Shown piece after piece: positions 1-7,695 of a DNA stretch of 14,004 nucleotides (position 1 is the first letter of the stretch; every line of letters starts with the position of its first letter). The stretch is taken from assembly GCA_038740615.1 (NCBI GenBank), contig JAVYLQ010000013.1:1-14004 (forward strand), read 5' to 3'. The stretch is from Candidatus Anstonellales archaeon. Its GTDB lineage: Archaea > Micrarchaeota > Micrarchaeia > Anstonellales > J096. The notes below the pieces were generated by a model that had not been told where the DNA came from, ran no database searches, and was given only the letters and a program-made list of their open reading frames with translations. Position numbers and translations under genes: made by a program.

Positions 1-29
1 AATATAGTAAAAATCTTTAAAAAGATTAG

Positions 30-102
30 TGGGCCCGCCAGGATTCGAACCTGGGATCTCCGCTGTGTAAGAGCGGCGTCTTAACCCCTCGACTACGGGC
101 CC
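30..102 (-). tRNA. trnV: tRNA-Val (anticodon TAC), intron-less, CCA not encoded
   Basis: Reverse complement reads GGGCCCG-TA-GTCGAGGGGTTAAGAC-G-CCGCT-CTTACAC-AGCGG-AGATC-CCAGG-TTCGAAT-CCTGG-CGGGCCC-A. It has a 7-bp acceptor stem, a 5-bp anticodon stem with TAC at 69-67, a canonical T-loop and discriminator A. Confidence 0.97.
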
Positions 103-128
103 ATGTTATTTTAATTTCCAACAATATA

Positions 129-136
129 TTTTTATA
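129..136 (-). promoter_or_regulatory. Putative TATA box for tRNA-Val
   Basis: TATAAAAA on the minus strand about 27-34 nt upstream of the tRNA 5' end (102), overlapping the DP1 stop codon. Confidence 0.5.
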
Positions 137-1586
137 TGAAATGGATCCAATAGAATCGATTCTGTTTAGGGTTAAACAGACAACCATATCCAACATCTGG
201 ATTTAATCCTACTTTTTCCTGGAATGGGGTTTGATTCTGAAATGTTCCTGGATTAACTATATATGAAGGTTTAAAATGGGTTACAAATTTTTTGTGAACG
301 TGACCCATATTGAATACATGTGGCATTTTCCTAATCACAAGAAAATCTTCTCTAAGTGGTGCTACAGGGTTACCCTCTATAATAGAGGACATATGTCTTC
401 TACGTATCATCTCTATAGCTGCCTGTTCTGGTCGAGAATAGCTCATCCCAGGTAAAGTGTTTATATATGAATCTAATGATGTACCATGGTATATGAGATG
501 TTCGATTCCATGAATTTTAACATAAACTGGATTTGGTAATGAATAACTATCTACCCATATCAGATCTTTAAGAATTATTTCTGTGGGTTCATTTCGTCTA
601 GTAGCATCATGATTACCTGGAATAAAGATTACTTCTATATGTTCGGGGATCTGTTCTATAAATTTATTGAATTCAATATACTGTTTTTCTATATCAAGTA
701 TATCTAACTCCTTCTCCTGTCCTGGGTATATACCCACACCCTCTACGTTATCACCTGCAATAACAATATACTTAATCTTACTAGCAATTCTATTCATAGG
801 ATCATTAATATATTTTAGAAAATTATTAATGGCCTTCATGTTGACATGTTTACTTCCAAAATGTAGATCGGATATGTAAAGAATATAAAAATCATCTTCT
901 ATGTTAGGCATCGGATTATTGCTATTCAGATCTGGATAGGAAATTTCTCTGATTATCCCAAAATTTCCATTCCATTTTGCATATACTTTTATAATATCAT
1001 CTTCAAGTATTGTATTTTTATAATTCAAATATTCAGGATGATCCTTTGGTACGATAAATTTCCTCACTCCGAATCTTTCTAGATCCTCAGATCCTATCTC
1101 TAAATCAAGAACCAGGTTTCCATTTTTTGACACCCCTTTACGAAAAACAATTCCTATAACCATTATATCTCTATTCAAATTCTTATTATCAGTTAGCTCC
1201 ATAAAATCTACTATATCAATTATTCTATCATCATGGTTTCTGTTGAACAGTTTGGATATAGCTCTGAACCTGGATCTGTACAATTCTATAAAATCGTCGA
1301 CTGTTGATCTAGTGTTATGTATATTTGGATCGTAAGTTATGTCTCTATCCACTTCTATTTGAGATTCAATATCTTTAGCATCAGGTCGAATCTCTTGTTT
1401 AATCACAATTCTAGCTGATAGTATCTCTGCCACTGTATTCTTATCAATTAGCTTCACATCCCTGCGTTGAATCTCGTTTAATATATAATCTAGCTCATCC
1501 TGGCTACACTTTTCTAAAAACTCCTTTGCCTCTATTGATATTCTAAGATCTACATTTCTACGTTTAATCTCTTCAAATAGGTTCAT
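132..1586 (-). CDS. polB: DNA polymerase D (Pol II) small subunit DP1, 3'-5' proofreading exonuclease
   Basis: Calcineurin-like phosphoesterase motifs ISDLHFGS, AGDNVEGVGIYPGQE, PGNHDA, YHGTSLD, GHVH and NPGTFQNQTPFQ. An OB-fold region (VIGIVFRKGVSKNGNLVLDLE) and DFIELYRSRF precede them, as typical of archaeal DP1. Confidence 0.96.
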   Translation of the reverse strand: MNLFEEIKRRNVDLRISIEAKEFLEKCSQDELDYILNEIQRRDVKLIDKNTVAEILSARIVIKQEIRPDAKDIESQIEVDRDITYDPNIHNTRSTVDDFIELYRSRFRAISKLFNRNHDDRIIDIVDFMELTDNKNLNRDIMVIGIVFRKGVSKNGNLVLDLEIGSEDLERFGVRKFIVPKDHPEYLNYKNTILEDDIIKVYAKWNGNFGIIREISYPDLNSNNPMPNIEDDFYILYISDLHFGSKHVNMKAINNFLKYINDPMNRIASKIKYIVIAGDNVEGVGIYPGQEKELDILDIEKQYIEFNKFIEQIPEHIEVIFIPGNHDATRRNEPTEIILKDLIWVDSYSLPNPVYVKIHGIEHLIYHGTSLDSYINTLPGMSYSRPEQAAIEMIRRRHMSSIIEGNPVAPLREDFLVIRKMPHVFNMGHVHKKFVTHFKPSYIVNPGTFQNQTPFQEKVGLNPDVGYGCLFNPKQNRFYWIHFI

Positions 1587-1831
1587 TTGGTCTTTGCTTC
1601 CAATTTTGCAATAACATTCATTAATCTTAATCTGAAATGCTGCGATATGTTAATATCATTCACTACTTTATCCAATTCATATATAGCTAGACTCGCTCTG
1701 ATATTCTCGGCTTTGGATGTATCCTCTAGTATTGCCTTAGCAGTGGTGATCCCAGATTTAACATTTCTAGGTAAATTTTTCTCCTCTAACAGCATATCCA
1801 AAGACTTAACTATTTCTTGCAAAGATTCCAT
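1583..1831 (-). CDS. UPF0147 family protein (82 aa; start moved to the ATG at 1831)
   Basis: LLEEKNLPRNVK...IRASLAIYELDKVVNDINISQHFRLRLMNVIAKLE matches the archaeal UPF0147 pattern. A GGTGA RBS at 1840-1836 precedes ATG 1831, and the stop overlaps the DP1 start (ATGA). Confidence 0.85.
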   Translation of the reverse strand: MESLQEIVKSLDMLLEEKNLPRNVKSGITTAKAILEDTSKAENIRASLAIYELDKVVNDINISQHFRLRLMNVIAKLEAKTK

Positions 1832-1860
1832 AAAATCACCGATGTTTAACTTATCACTTG

Positions 1861-1870
1861 TTTTTAAAAA
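1861..1870. promoter_or_regulatory. Palindromic TTTTTAAAAA TATA-like element between divergent genes
   Basis: Self-complementary 10-mer about 25-34 nt from ATG 1895 (+) and about 30-39 nt from ATG 1831 (-). Confidence 0.5.
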
Positions 1871-1894
1871 ACTTAACATAATTAAAAAGCAAGT

Positions 1895-2524
1895 ATGAAG
1901 GAAGATCTATTGATATTCGAAGAATTTAGAGATGCTCTATTCAAGTCGTTTTACGATGATAACATAAAAATATCAAACATACCTCTATTTATTGTATGGG
2001 TTAAAAAAGAACTGAATAGGAATGCTTATAATCTAGGGATATCTTCTGAAGATTTTTTAGAAGCTGTTATAAAAATACTTAGCTGGAATAATTATAATAT
2101 AGAGCAATTCTATGAAGAACTAGATAATAGAAAGTGGAAAAGGATTGTTTTTATGAAATTAGATCCTACAAATCAAATGAATATACTAAACAGAGATCCA
2201 GAGGCAATAGATTTTTTGAAAGATGCGACTCCACAGGTAATTGCCAGATTCAAGGAGATACTGATTGATATTGCTAAAAACCCAAAGCACCCTAATCAAT
2301 ATACTTCGATATTTATACTATCAAAGATAATCTCTGATCCTGAGGTTAAGAATCTATACAAAGAATTACTCTACGATTGGGATGAAAATTTGAGAAGATC
2401 AATACTATTGGTGATAAAAGAGACAAGAGATCCAGAATTGATAGAATATATAAAAATCCTAAAATCAGAAGAGAATGATGATACTAATTTAAAAATAATC
2501 CAAGATATTTTAAACAATGGATGA
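1895..2524 (+). CDS. Hypothetical alpha-helical protein with C-terminal HEAT-like repeats
   Basis: 209-aa ORF. The C-terminal KELLYDWDENLRRSILLVIKETRDPELIEYIKIL resembles the HEAT/PBS-lyase consensus (LL.D.d..vR..A...L). It overlaps the next gene. Confidence 0.55.
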   Translation: MKEDLLIFEEFRDALFKSFYDDNIKISNIPLFIVWVKKELNRNAYNLGISSEDFLEAVIKILSWNNYNIEQFYEELDNRKWKRIVFMKLDPTNQMNILNRDPEAIDFLKDATPQVIARFKEILIDIAKNPKHPNQYTSIFILSKIISDPEVKNLYKELLYDWDENLRRSILLVIKETRDPELIEYIKILKSEENDDTNLKIIQDILNNG

Positions 2525-3017
2525 TTCCATCTTAGTACCTAGATCTAGAGTTCCATACTTCTTAAAGATAAAAGATCTATTGAAACATAGGGCTGAAATA
2601 GATATTGAGATTAGAGATAATGTTGTTAAATATAGATCTAATAACATGTACGTAGCAAGACTGATACTCACTGCTATAGCTAGAGGGTTTGATATAGATC
2701 GGGCTATGATACTAAAAAATGATGATTATTCATTATACATATTAGATTTAAAAGATTACTTTAACACTGAGAATAAAATTAGAGTTATGAAGGGTAGGTT
2801 AATAGGTAGAGAGGGGAGCATAAGAGAAGCGATAGAATCTATTACTGAGAGCTACATAAGTATATTCAATAATACTGTTGCCGTGATTGCTCCTTCTTAT
2901 AGCTATGATTATGTGTTAAAAGCTATTAACATGATATTAGCGGGTAGTAAACACTCTAGTGTTCTGAATTTTCTCTCTCGAGCTAAGGAGATGATACGGT
3001 TGAGCAAATTAAGATGA
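2517..3017 (+). CDS. dim2: KH-domain small-subunit rRNA processing protein (Dim2/Pno1/Krr1 family)
   Basis: AIARGFDIDRAMIL, RVMKGRLIGREGSIREAIE (KH GxxG loop), ISIFNNTVAVI and AINMILAGSKHSSV are hallmark Dim2/Pno1 segments. Confidence 0.92.
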   Translation: MDDSILVPRSRVPYFLKIKDLLKHRAEIDIEIRDNVVKYRSNNMYVARLILTAIARGFDIDRAMILKNDDYSLYILDLKDYFNTENKIRVMKGRLIGREGSIREAIESITESYISIFNNTVAVIAPSYSYDYVLKAINMILAGSKHSSVLNFLSRAKEMIRLSKLR

Positions 3018-3580
3018 CAATAGAGCAGCTTAAGAAGCCTAGTAAGGAAATAAAAATAGAGAAGAAAGAAATTAATAGAGGGTTTAATATAGATTCAAAA
3101 TCCAAGCAGAAAATGGAAGAGCTGATGACAGAATTAGCTAAGAGACAGAGTTTTGATAAGGAGGTAATGGATAGGTATATAAATTCCAAACGTGAGATTG
3201 ATGCAGAAATAGTAGAACGTATGGGATTCAAAGATTTTGAGGAATTCAGATATGAGATGAATTCTATTTTCAAGGATTCTAAATACAAAGATCTGATGAA
3301 GAAAATTGGGGAGAAATTCCCTGAATTAGCTCTATTGCTGAATAGGAAGGGGAATATCCTGCTGAATTACTATATCATAAAATATGTATTACCATATCTA
3401 TTTGCAGGAGGGATGAGTAAAAAGAAGATTCTTGAGATTGTGGAAATGCTGCTAGATAGAATGGTAATATATCCAAATTTTAGGAATTTCTTCAAGAAAC
3501 TGGAAGAGTTTTTGAAAAAATATGCTACTCCTGATGGAGAGGCCGTGAAGATATTTATAAGTTCGGAGAGCTGGAGGTGA
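3014..3580 (+). CDS. Hypothetical protein, Lys/Glu-rich, predicted helical
   Basis: 188-aa ORF with 4-nt overlaps at both ends (ATGA with dim2, GTGA with the next gene). No family recognised. Confidence 0.7.
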   Translation: MTIEQLKKPSKEIKIEKKEINRGFNIDSKSKQKMEELMTELAKRQSFDKEVMDRYINSKREIDAEIVERMGFKDFEEFRYEMNSIFKDSKYKDLMKKIGEKFPELALLLNRKGNILLNYYIIKYVLPYLFAGGMSKKKILEIVEMLLDRMVIYPNFRNFFKKLEEFLKKYATPDGEAVKIFISSESWR

Positions 3581-4635
3581 CTCCTGTGGAAATGTATGAA
3601 TTATTGGAAGAAGTACTTGATGAGAATTTTCATACAGATTATACTTTGGCAAAGAATATTATTAGAAATGCATATTCGGGAAGTTTTAGAGATATTTTTT
3701 TCCTTTCAATGCTTATCGATGATTTGAAAGAGGTTGAATACAGAGGTGAGAGGGTTGAAACATATGTTCTAAAATGGGAAAATATTCCAAAGAGCTTTGG
3801 GGTTACTCCTTACGGTAGATTTTCAGATCCAGAATTCAAATTATCTGTATCAAATGGAATAGTGGCCCTAAATGATAGCCCTTCATCGATAAAGTTAGAT
3901 ATGAACAATGTAACTATCTATGGAATATGGGACAGATTGGAGAAATCTATATTTATGAGTGATACAAATTCTATAAATTTGAGCAGAGCTAATATAATAT
4001 ATATGGTATTTCAGAATGGGAGAATAGAAGGATGGTCTATCAGAAAAGATTATTTACCAGCTGATACTATTTGGGCACTGGTTGAGGCTGAGCAGAAAGG
4101 GTATGGGGGAATCATAAAGAACAATATATTCTACCCTTGTAAAAACTATATGTTTGAGGAAGAGATTTACAGGAAAAATATATATACCCCAAACCAGCAG
4201 GAGAAGTATAATATATTTCTAAGGGCAAGATCTTTCTATAAATTAGCTGGAAATTTTATGGGAAATGTTATGAAATATTTGGAGGAAGATAACCGAATAT
4301 ACGATCCTAGAGAGACTAAAGTGGTAGTGCCAAAACACCTACTTCTTGATGTTAAGGAAACAGTATCATTAACGCTCTTAGAGACTGTTATAGCTTTTAT
4401 AAATAGGAGGAATACTGGTGGATTTGTGATTTTCCCTATCGGTAATGGTGTATGGAAGATTAGAGAGAGTAAATATTATCAGCCAGGAGATAGGATAATA
4501 AGCTATTCATTGTTGGATAATAATCGACTTAAAATAGATGTGAATCTGGGAAATGTGTTCTTTGATTATTTTCTATCTAAGACTTATTTATATTATATAT
4601 CCAGAAGAGAAGATGGGAAAATAATTGTGATTTAA
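3577..4635 (+). CDS. Hypothetical protein (352 aa, GTG start; ATG 3592 is an alternative)
   Basis: Long open frame with a GTGA overlap with the upstream gene. GGAGGTGA at 3573-3580 could instead serve as an RBS for a start slightly downstream. No family recognised. Confidence 0.7.
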   Translation: MTPVEMYELLEEVLDENFHTDYTLAKNIIRNAYSGSFRDIFFLSMLIDDLKEVEYRGERVETYVLKWENIPKSFGVTPYGRFSDPEFKLSVSNGIVALNDSPSSIKLDMNNVTIYGIWDRLEKSIFMSDTNSINLSRANIIYMVFQNGRIEGWSIRKDYLPADTIWALVEAEQKGYGGIIKNNIFYPCKNYMFEEEIYRKNIYTPNQQEKYNIFLRARSFYKLAGNFMGNVMKYLEEDNRIYDPRETKVVVPKHLLLDVKETVSLTLLETVIAFINRRNTGGFVIFPIGNGVWKIRESKYYQPGDRIISYSLLDNNRLKIDVNLGNVFFDYFLSKTYLYYISRREDGKIIVI

Positions 4636-4659
4636 AAGCTTCACTGATATAATAAAAAT

Positions 4660-5340
4660 ATGAACTTAGAAGATGTGAAAAATGTAATAGTAGGAGATAT
4701 TGTGTTCAGTTCAAATGTAGGGGAGACTCTGAAGAAATGGAGGATAATTTTTGGAATCAAACAGAAGGAATTGGCAGAAGCTATGGATATGAATCAATCT
4801 ATGCTCAGTGATTATGAGAATGGGAGAAGGAAGAATCCCAACATAAATTTTATAAAGAATTTTGTCGAAGCTCTTATAAATATAGATCATAAGAAAGGAG
4901 GGGAGATTCTTAAGAAAATCATAAACGTTAGCAGTTCAGATTATTTTGAGCGAAAGAATTTTTCAAAAGGGATACCTATTAGAGAGTTTATTAAGGTTAT
5001 AAATGGTAAAGTTGTAGTTGATACGGGAAATATGAATGAGATGGTTTACGGATACACTATTGTGGATAGTATTAGAGTAATTCTAGAGATGCCTTTAGAT
5101 GATTTTCCATTGCTCTATGGTGGGATTGCAGATAGAGCAATGATATTTCTAGGTGTTAGCACAGGTAGAAGTCCTATGGTAGTGATCAGAGTAGCACCAA
5201 TCAAACCAAAAATAGTGGTATTTATAAATCTTGATAATATTGATGAATTGGCCAAAGAGATTGCTAAAAGGGAAAAAATACCTATAGTCTCCACAACACT
5301 CTCTGTCGATCAGCTGAAAGAAGTTTTAGCAAAGATTTAA
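4660..5340 (+). CDS. XRE/Cro-type HTH transcriptional regulator (archaeal COG1709-like, DRTGG-like C-terminal domain)
   Basis: N-terminal VGDIVFSSNVGETLKKWRIIFGIKQKELAEAMDMNQSMLSDYENGRRKNP and C-terminal YGYTIVDS...RAMIFLGVSTGRSPMVVIRV. A TTTAAAAG box lies at 4631-4638, consistent with a leaderless transcript. Confidence 0.88.
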   Translation: MNLEDVKNVIVGDIVFSSNVGETLKKWRIIFGIKQKELAEAMDMNQSMLSDYENGRRKNPNINFIKNFVEALINIDHKKGGEILKKIINVSSSDYFERKNFSKGIPIREFIKVINGKVVVDTGNMNEMVYGYTIVDSIRVILEMPLDDFPLLYGGIADRAMIFLGVSTGRSPMVVIRVAPIKPKIVVFINLDNIDELAKEIAKREKIPIVSTTLSVDQLKEVLAKI

Positions 5341-5376
5341 AATATTTTATTAACAATACAAATTAAGTGATCTTAG

Positions 5377-5595
5377 ATGAATGGATCAGAAAGAGCAAAA
5401 CCATATGATCATCTCAACTCCTGGTTAGATAAGATGGTAAGAATAAAATTGAGAGATGGAAGCGTTGTAGAGGGAATCTTTCAATCATACGATGTACACA
5501 TGAATGTAGTTGTGAAGGTTCAGAAAGAGTTGAATATAAGCTATCTATTTATACGAGGGGATAGCTTACTATTTATTGAAAAGGCAGAGAAGTGA
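5377..5595 (+). CDS. Sm-like archaeal protein (SmAP/Lsm)
   Basis: KPYDHL N-terminal helix, Sm1 motif (VRIKLRDGSVVEGIFQSYDVHMNVVV) and Sm2 motif (FIRGDSL); 72 aa. Confidence 0.92.
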   Translation: MNGSERAKPYDHLNSWLDKMVRIKLRDGSVVEGIFQSYDVHMNVVVKVQKELNISYLFIRGDSLLFIEKAEK

Positions 5596-6200
5596 ATATA
5601 GAAACACTTCTCAAAAAGATTATAGAAGCTAACTTGGATTCACCAGTATATAGAGTTAAAAAATTTTTAGATAGCAAGGAGAAAAAATTTTTATATGTTT
5701 TTCTCTCTACAAGAACTCGAGATGAGGTTACTCTAGAAGCAACCCAGAGATTCTATAGTGTGTACAGATCTATTTGGGAAATAGATGATGTGGATCGTGT
5801 GGCAAGATTAATTCAGCCTGTGGCTTTCTACAGAGTTAAGGCCAAAAATCTATATCTAATCTCTAGACAGTATGATCATATCCCAGAATCATTAGAAGAA
5901 CTCTTAGAGATGCCTGGGGTAGGAATCAAAATTGCCAAGGTATTTCTTGCAGAGATCGGTAAGGAATATATAGGTGTAGATACTCATGTACATAGGATTA
6001 GTAATAGATTGGGCTTGGTGATCACTAAAACACCAGAACAGACGGATAGGGAGTTGGAGAGAATTGTACCAAATAGTCTAAAACCTGAATTTAACAAACA
6101 TCTAGTTGCATTAGGTCAGAGTATATGTAAAGCCAGATCTCCAAAATGCAAAATCTGCCCTGTAAATAGCATGTGTAAGTATTTTTTAAAAACATCATGA
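5592..6200 (+). CDS. nth: Endonuclease III (HhH-GPD DNA glycosylase/AP lyase with 4Fe-4S cluster)
   Basis: LSTRTRDE, HhH motif LLEMPGVGIKIA with catalytic Lys, VDTHVHRISNRLG, and FCL motif CKARSPKCKICPVNSMC. GTG start overlaps the Sm stop. Confidence 0.95.
   Translation: MNIETLLKKIIEANLDSPVYRVKKFLDSKEKKFLYVFLSTRTRDEVTLEATQRFYSVYRSIWEIDDVDRVARLIQPVAFYRVKAKNLYLISRQYDHIPESLEELLEMPGVGIKIAKVFLAEIGKEYIGVDTHVHRISNRLGLVITKTPEQTDRELERIVPNSLKPEFNKHLVALGQSICKARSPKCKICPVNSMCKYFLKTS
6182..6191 (+). promoter_or_regulatory. Putative TATA box of the SRP RNA gene, inside the 3' end of nth
   Basis: TTTTTTAAAA located 20-29 nt upstream of the predicted SRP RNA 5' end (6211). Confidence 0.55.
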
Positions 6201-6210
6201 TTATATAATT

Positions 6211-6468
6211 GGTTGGGTAGGCGGGGGCTAGGGGTCCCCTATCCGCAAATATCCCCTTAGCGGGCCACATGGGGAGGTGTGGTAAGGCCCTCATGATAGT
6301 TGCTGTAGGGCAGATGAGTCGGCACCTCCACAATAACCATCTACACTGAACCGGGTCAGGCCGAAAGGAGCATCCCTAAGGTGTAGGTGGTTGTTTGTGG
6401 AGATTGCTAAGATGATGTCTAAAGTAACGATTCATGGGCAAGCCTTATCGCTCCCTCCCCTCCCAACC
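6211..6468 (+). ncRNA. ffs: Signal recognition particle RNA (archaeal 7S), about 258 nt
   Basis: GC-rich island. Helix 1 is GGTTGGG (6211-6217) with CCCAACC (6462-6468). The Alu domain has helix 3, UAU, helix 4 (CCGC/GCGG) and AGGGG/CCCCT loop-loop complementarity. A long helix 5 leads to the SRP54-binding motif GAACC-GGGTCAGG-CC-GAAA-GG-AGCA-TCCC-TAAG at 6348-6380. Confidence 0.93.
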
Positions 6469-6484
6469 ACGTCAGGTGATAAAT

Positions 6485-6898
6485 ATGATAATATCAGCCG
6501 GAATAATTCTAATCAAAGATGGGTCGATACTTTTACTTAGAAACAGAAAAGGACATATAGACTTTCCAAAGGGTCATGTCGAGGAGGGGGAATCAATTCT
6601 CGAGGCCGCTATTCGAGAGTTTAAGGAAGAAACAGGTCTTAGTGATAAAGACATATACATCATTCCAGGAAAAGAGTATGTTATGGAATACCCTGTATTA
6701 GAAAAGGGTGAGATTCAGAATAAGAGAGTGATATTATTTTTAGCTAAATATGTGGGAAAAGGTGAGGTAAAGATTTCAAAAGAACATTCCGAGTATAAAT
6801 GGGCTCCATTGGATGAAAAACTAGAAGGGGAGCTGAAATACCGCGAACAGAAGAATATAATAAAACAGCTTTTAAAAGACATTCAGGAAATAAAGTAA
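6485..6898 (+). CDS. Nudix hydrolase, Ap4A hydrolase-like (start moved to ATG 6485)
   Basis: SAGIIL, Nudix box FPKGHVEEGESILEAAIREFKEETGL, and ISKEHSEYKW, typical of asymmetric Ap4A hydrolases. RBS AGGTGAT at 6474-6480. The track start at 6434 lies inside the SRP RNA. Confidence 0.9.
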   Translation: MIISAGIILIKDGSILLLRNRKGHIDFPKGHVEEGESILEAAIREFKEETGLSDKDIYIIPGKEYVMEYPVLEKGEIQNKRVILFLAKYVGKGEVKISKEHSEYKWAPLDEKLEGELKYREQKNIIKQLLKDIQEIK

Positions 6899-6900
6899 AT

Positions 6901-7695
6901 ATGGTAAGTTCTGAGTTAGAGCCATTAGTTAAAATGGCATATGATAGTAATCCAGCAATCAGAAAATACGCTGCTGAAAGATTGGTGGAGTTTGCAGATG
7001 AATTGGCGTATCAGATACTATTAGAACTAGCTAATGATAAAGATGAATCTGTGAAAGAGACTGCAAAGAGATCAATAGAGATCTTCAAGGAGAAGCATGC
7101 AGATAAGATGCAAAAACCACTCTCTGATAAATTACCAGCTATAATATCTGGCAATCAGCAGCAGGAAACTACTGAGCCAAGGACTCCTATATACTTTGAA
7201 ACTGTAGATACTCGTGAGTCTCATCAGAAAGAGGAGAGAAGAGAGTTTAATCTATTCGAATATGTTTATTCATCGCTAGATAGATATAGGGAAAGACCTG
7301 AGGTGATGAAAAAGCATTTTGAGAATTTACGAGATTATATTACTAAAGAGATGAACTTAATATATGAATTAATACAGAGTGAAGATTCTTTTGATATAAC
7401 AAAGATAAAGAATAAGATGAAGATAATAAATACAGGTGAGTTGAAAGTCAAGGATAAAGTTCTTAAGGAATTTGTAGAGAAGAAGAATAGGAGAAAAATA
7501 AAAATGTACAGATTATTAGTAGAAGATAAATATGGTAGAGAGGGAATTGTGTATGTGTATGAATCTGCAGCAAAAGAGATCAATCAAGGAGATGTGATAA
7601 AAATCATTAATTGTGAGGCTAGATCTATAGTTGGAACTGATGAGACTGCTATATGGGTATGGAAAGAGGAATCTGAAATATGGAAGAGGATCTAA
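6901..7695 (+). CDS. HEAT-repeat N-terminus fused to an RPA/SSB-like OB-fold C-terminus
   Basis: Two HEAT units (LVKMAYDSNPAIRKYAAERL and LLELANDKDESVKETAKRSI). The C-terminal LKVKDK...YRLLVEDKYGREGIVYVYESAAKEINQGDVIKIINCEAR resembles the RPA/SSB OB-fold pattern (l.D.tG.i...w.....i..Gdvi.i.n). Confidence 0.65.
   Translation: MVSSELEPLVKMAYDSNPAIRKYAAERLVEFADELAYQILLELANDKDESVKETAKRSIEIFKEKHADKMQKPLSDKLPAIISGNQQQETTEPRTPIYFETVDTRESHQKEERREFNLFEYVYSSLDRYRERPEVMKKHFENLRDYITKEMNLIYELIQSEDSFDITKIKNKMKIINTGELKVKDKVLKEFVEKKNRRKIKMYRLLVEDKYGREGIVYVYESAAKEINQGDVIKIINCEARSIVGTDETAIWVWKEESEIWKRI

Noticed and set aside
12..27. Inverted repeat AATCTTT-AA-AAAGATT downstream of the tRNA
   Set aside because: It is AT-only apart from one pair, has a 2-nt loop and sits at the window edge. 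It could be a terminator or a TATA element but cannot be assigned.
30..102. tRNA as the integration site of a mobile element
   Set aside because: There is no duplicate of the tRNA 3' end and no integrase in the window, and the sequence downstream of the tRNA is mostly outside the window.
735..760. GDNVEG instead of GDxVDG in DP1 as a sign of inactivation
   Set aside because: The metal-binding Asp and His residues of all phosphoesterase motifs are present, and the D-to-E change is conservative.
667..3652. Shadow ORFs 667-879(+), 1587-1898(+), 2983-3288(-) and 3452-3652(-)
   Set aside because: They are antisense to better-supported genes, have Ser/Ile/Phe-rich antisense-type composition and show no motifs.
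6091..6333. 80-aa minus-strand ORF
   Set aside because: It is antisense to nth and the GC-rich SRP RNA, and the open frame is a by-product of that GC content.
6200..6480. Circularly permuted SRP RNA with bulge-helix-bulge ends (Thermoproteus type)
   Set aside because: The domain order is the normal one (helix 1, Alu, helix 5, helix 8), and I see no bulge-helix-bulge motif in the flanks.
6434..6484. N-terminal extension of the Nudix ORF (MGKPYRSLPSQPRQVIN)
   Set aside because: It lies within the SRP RNA 3' strand. A strong RBS precedes ATG 6485, where Nudix similarity begins.
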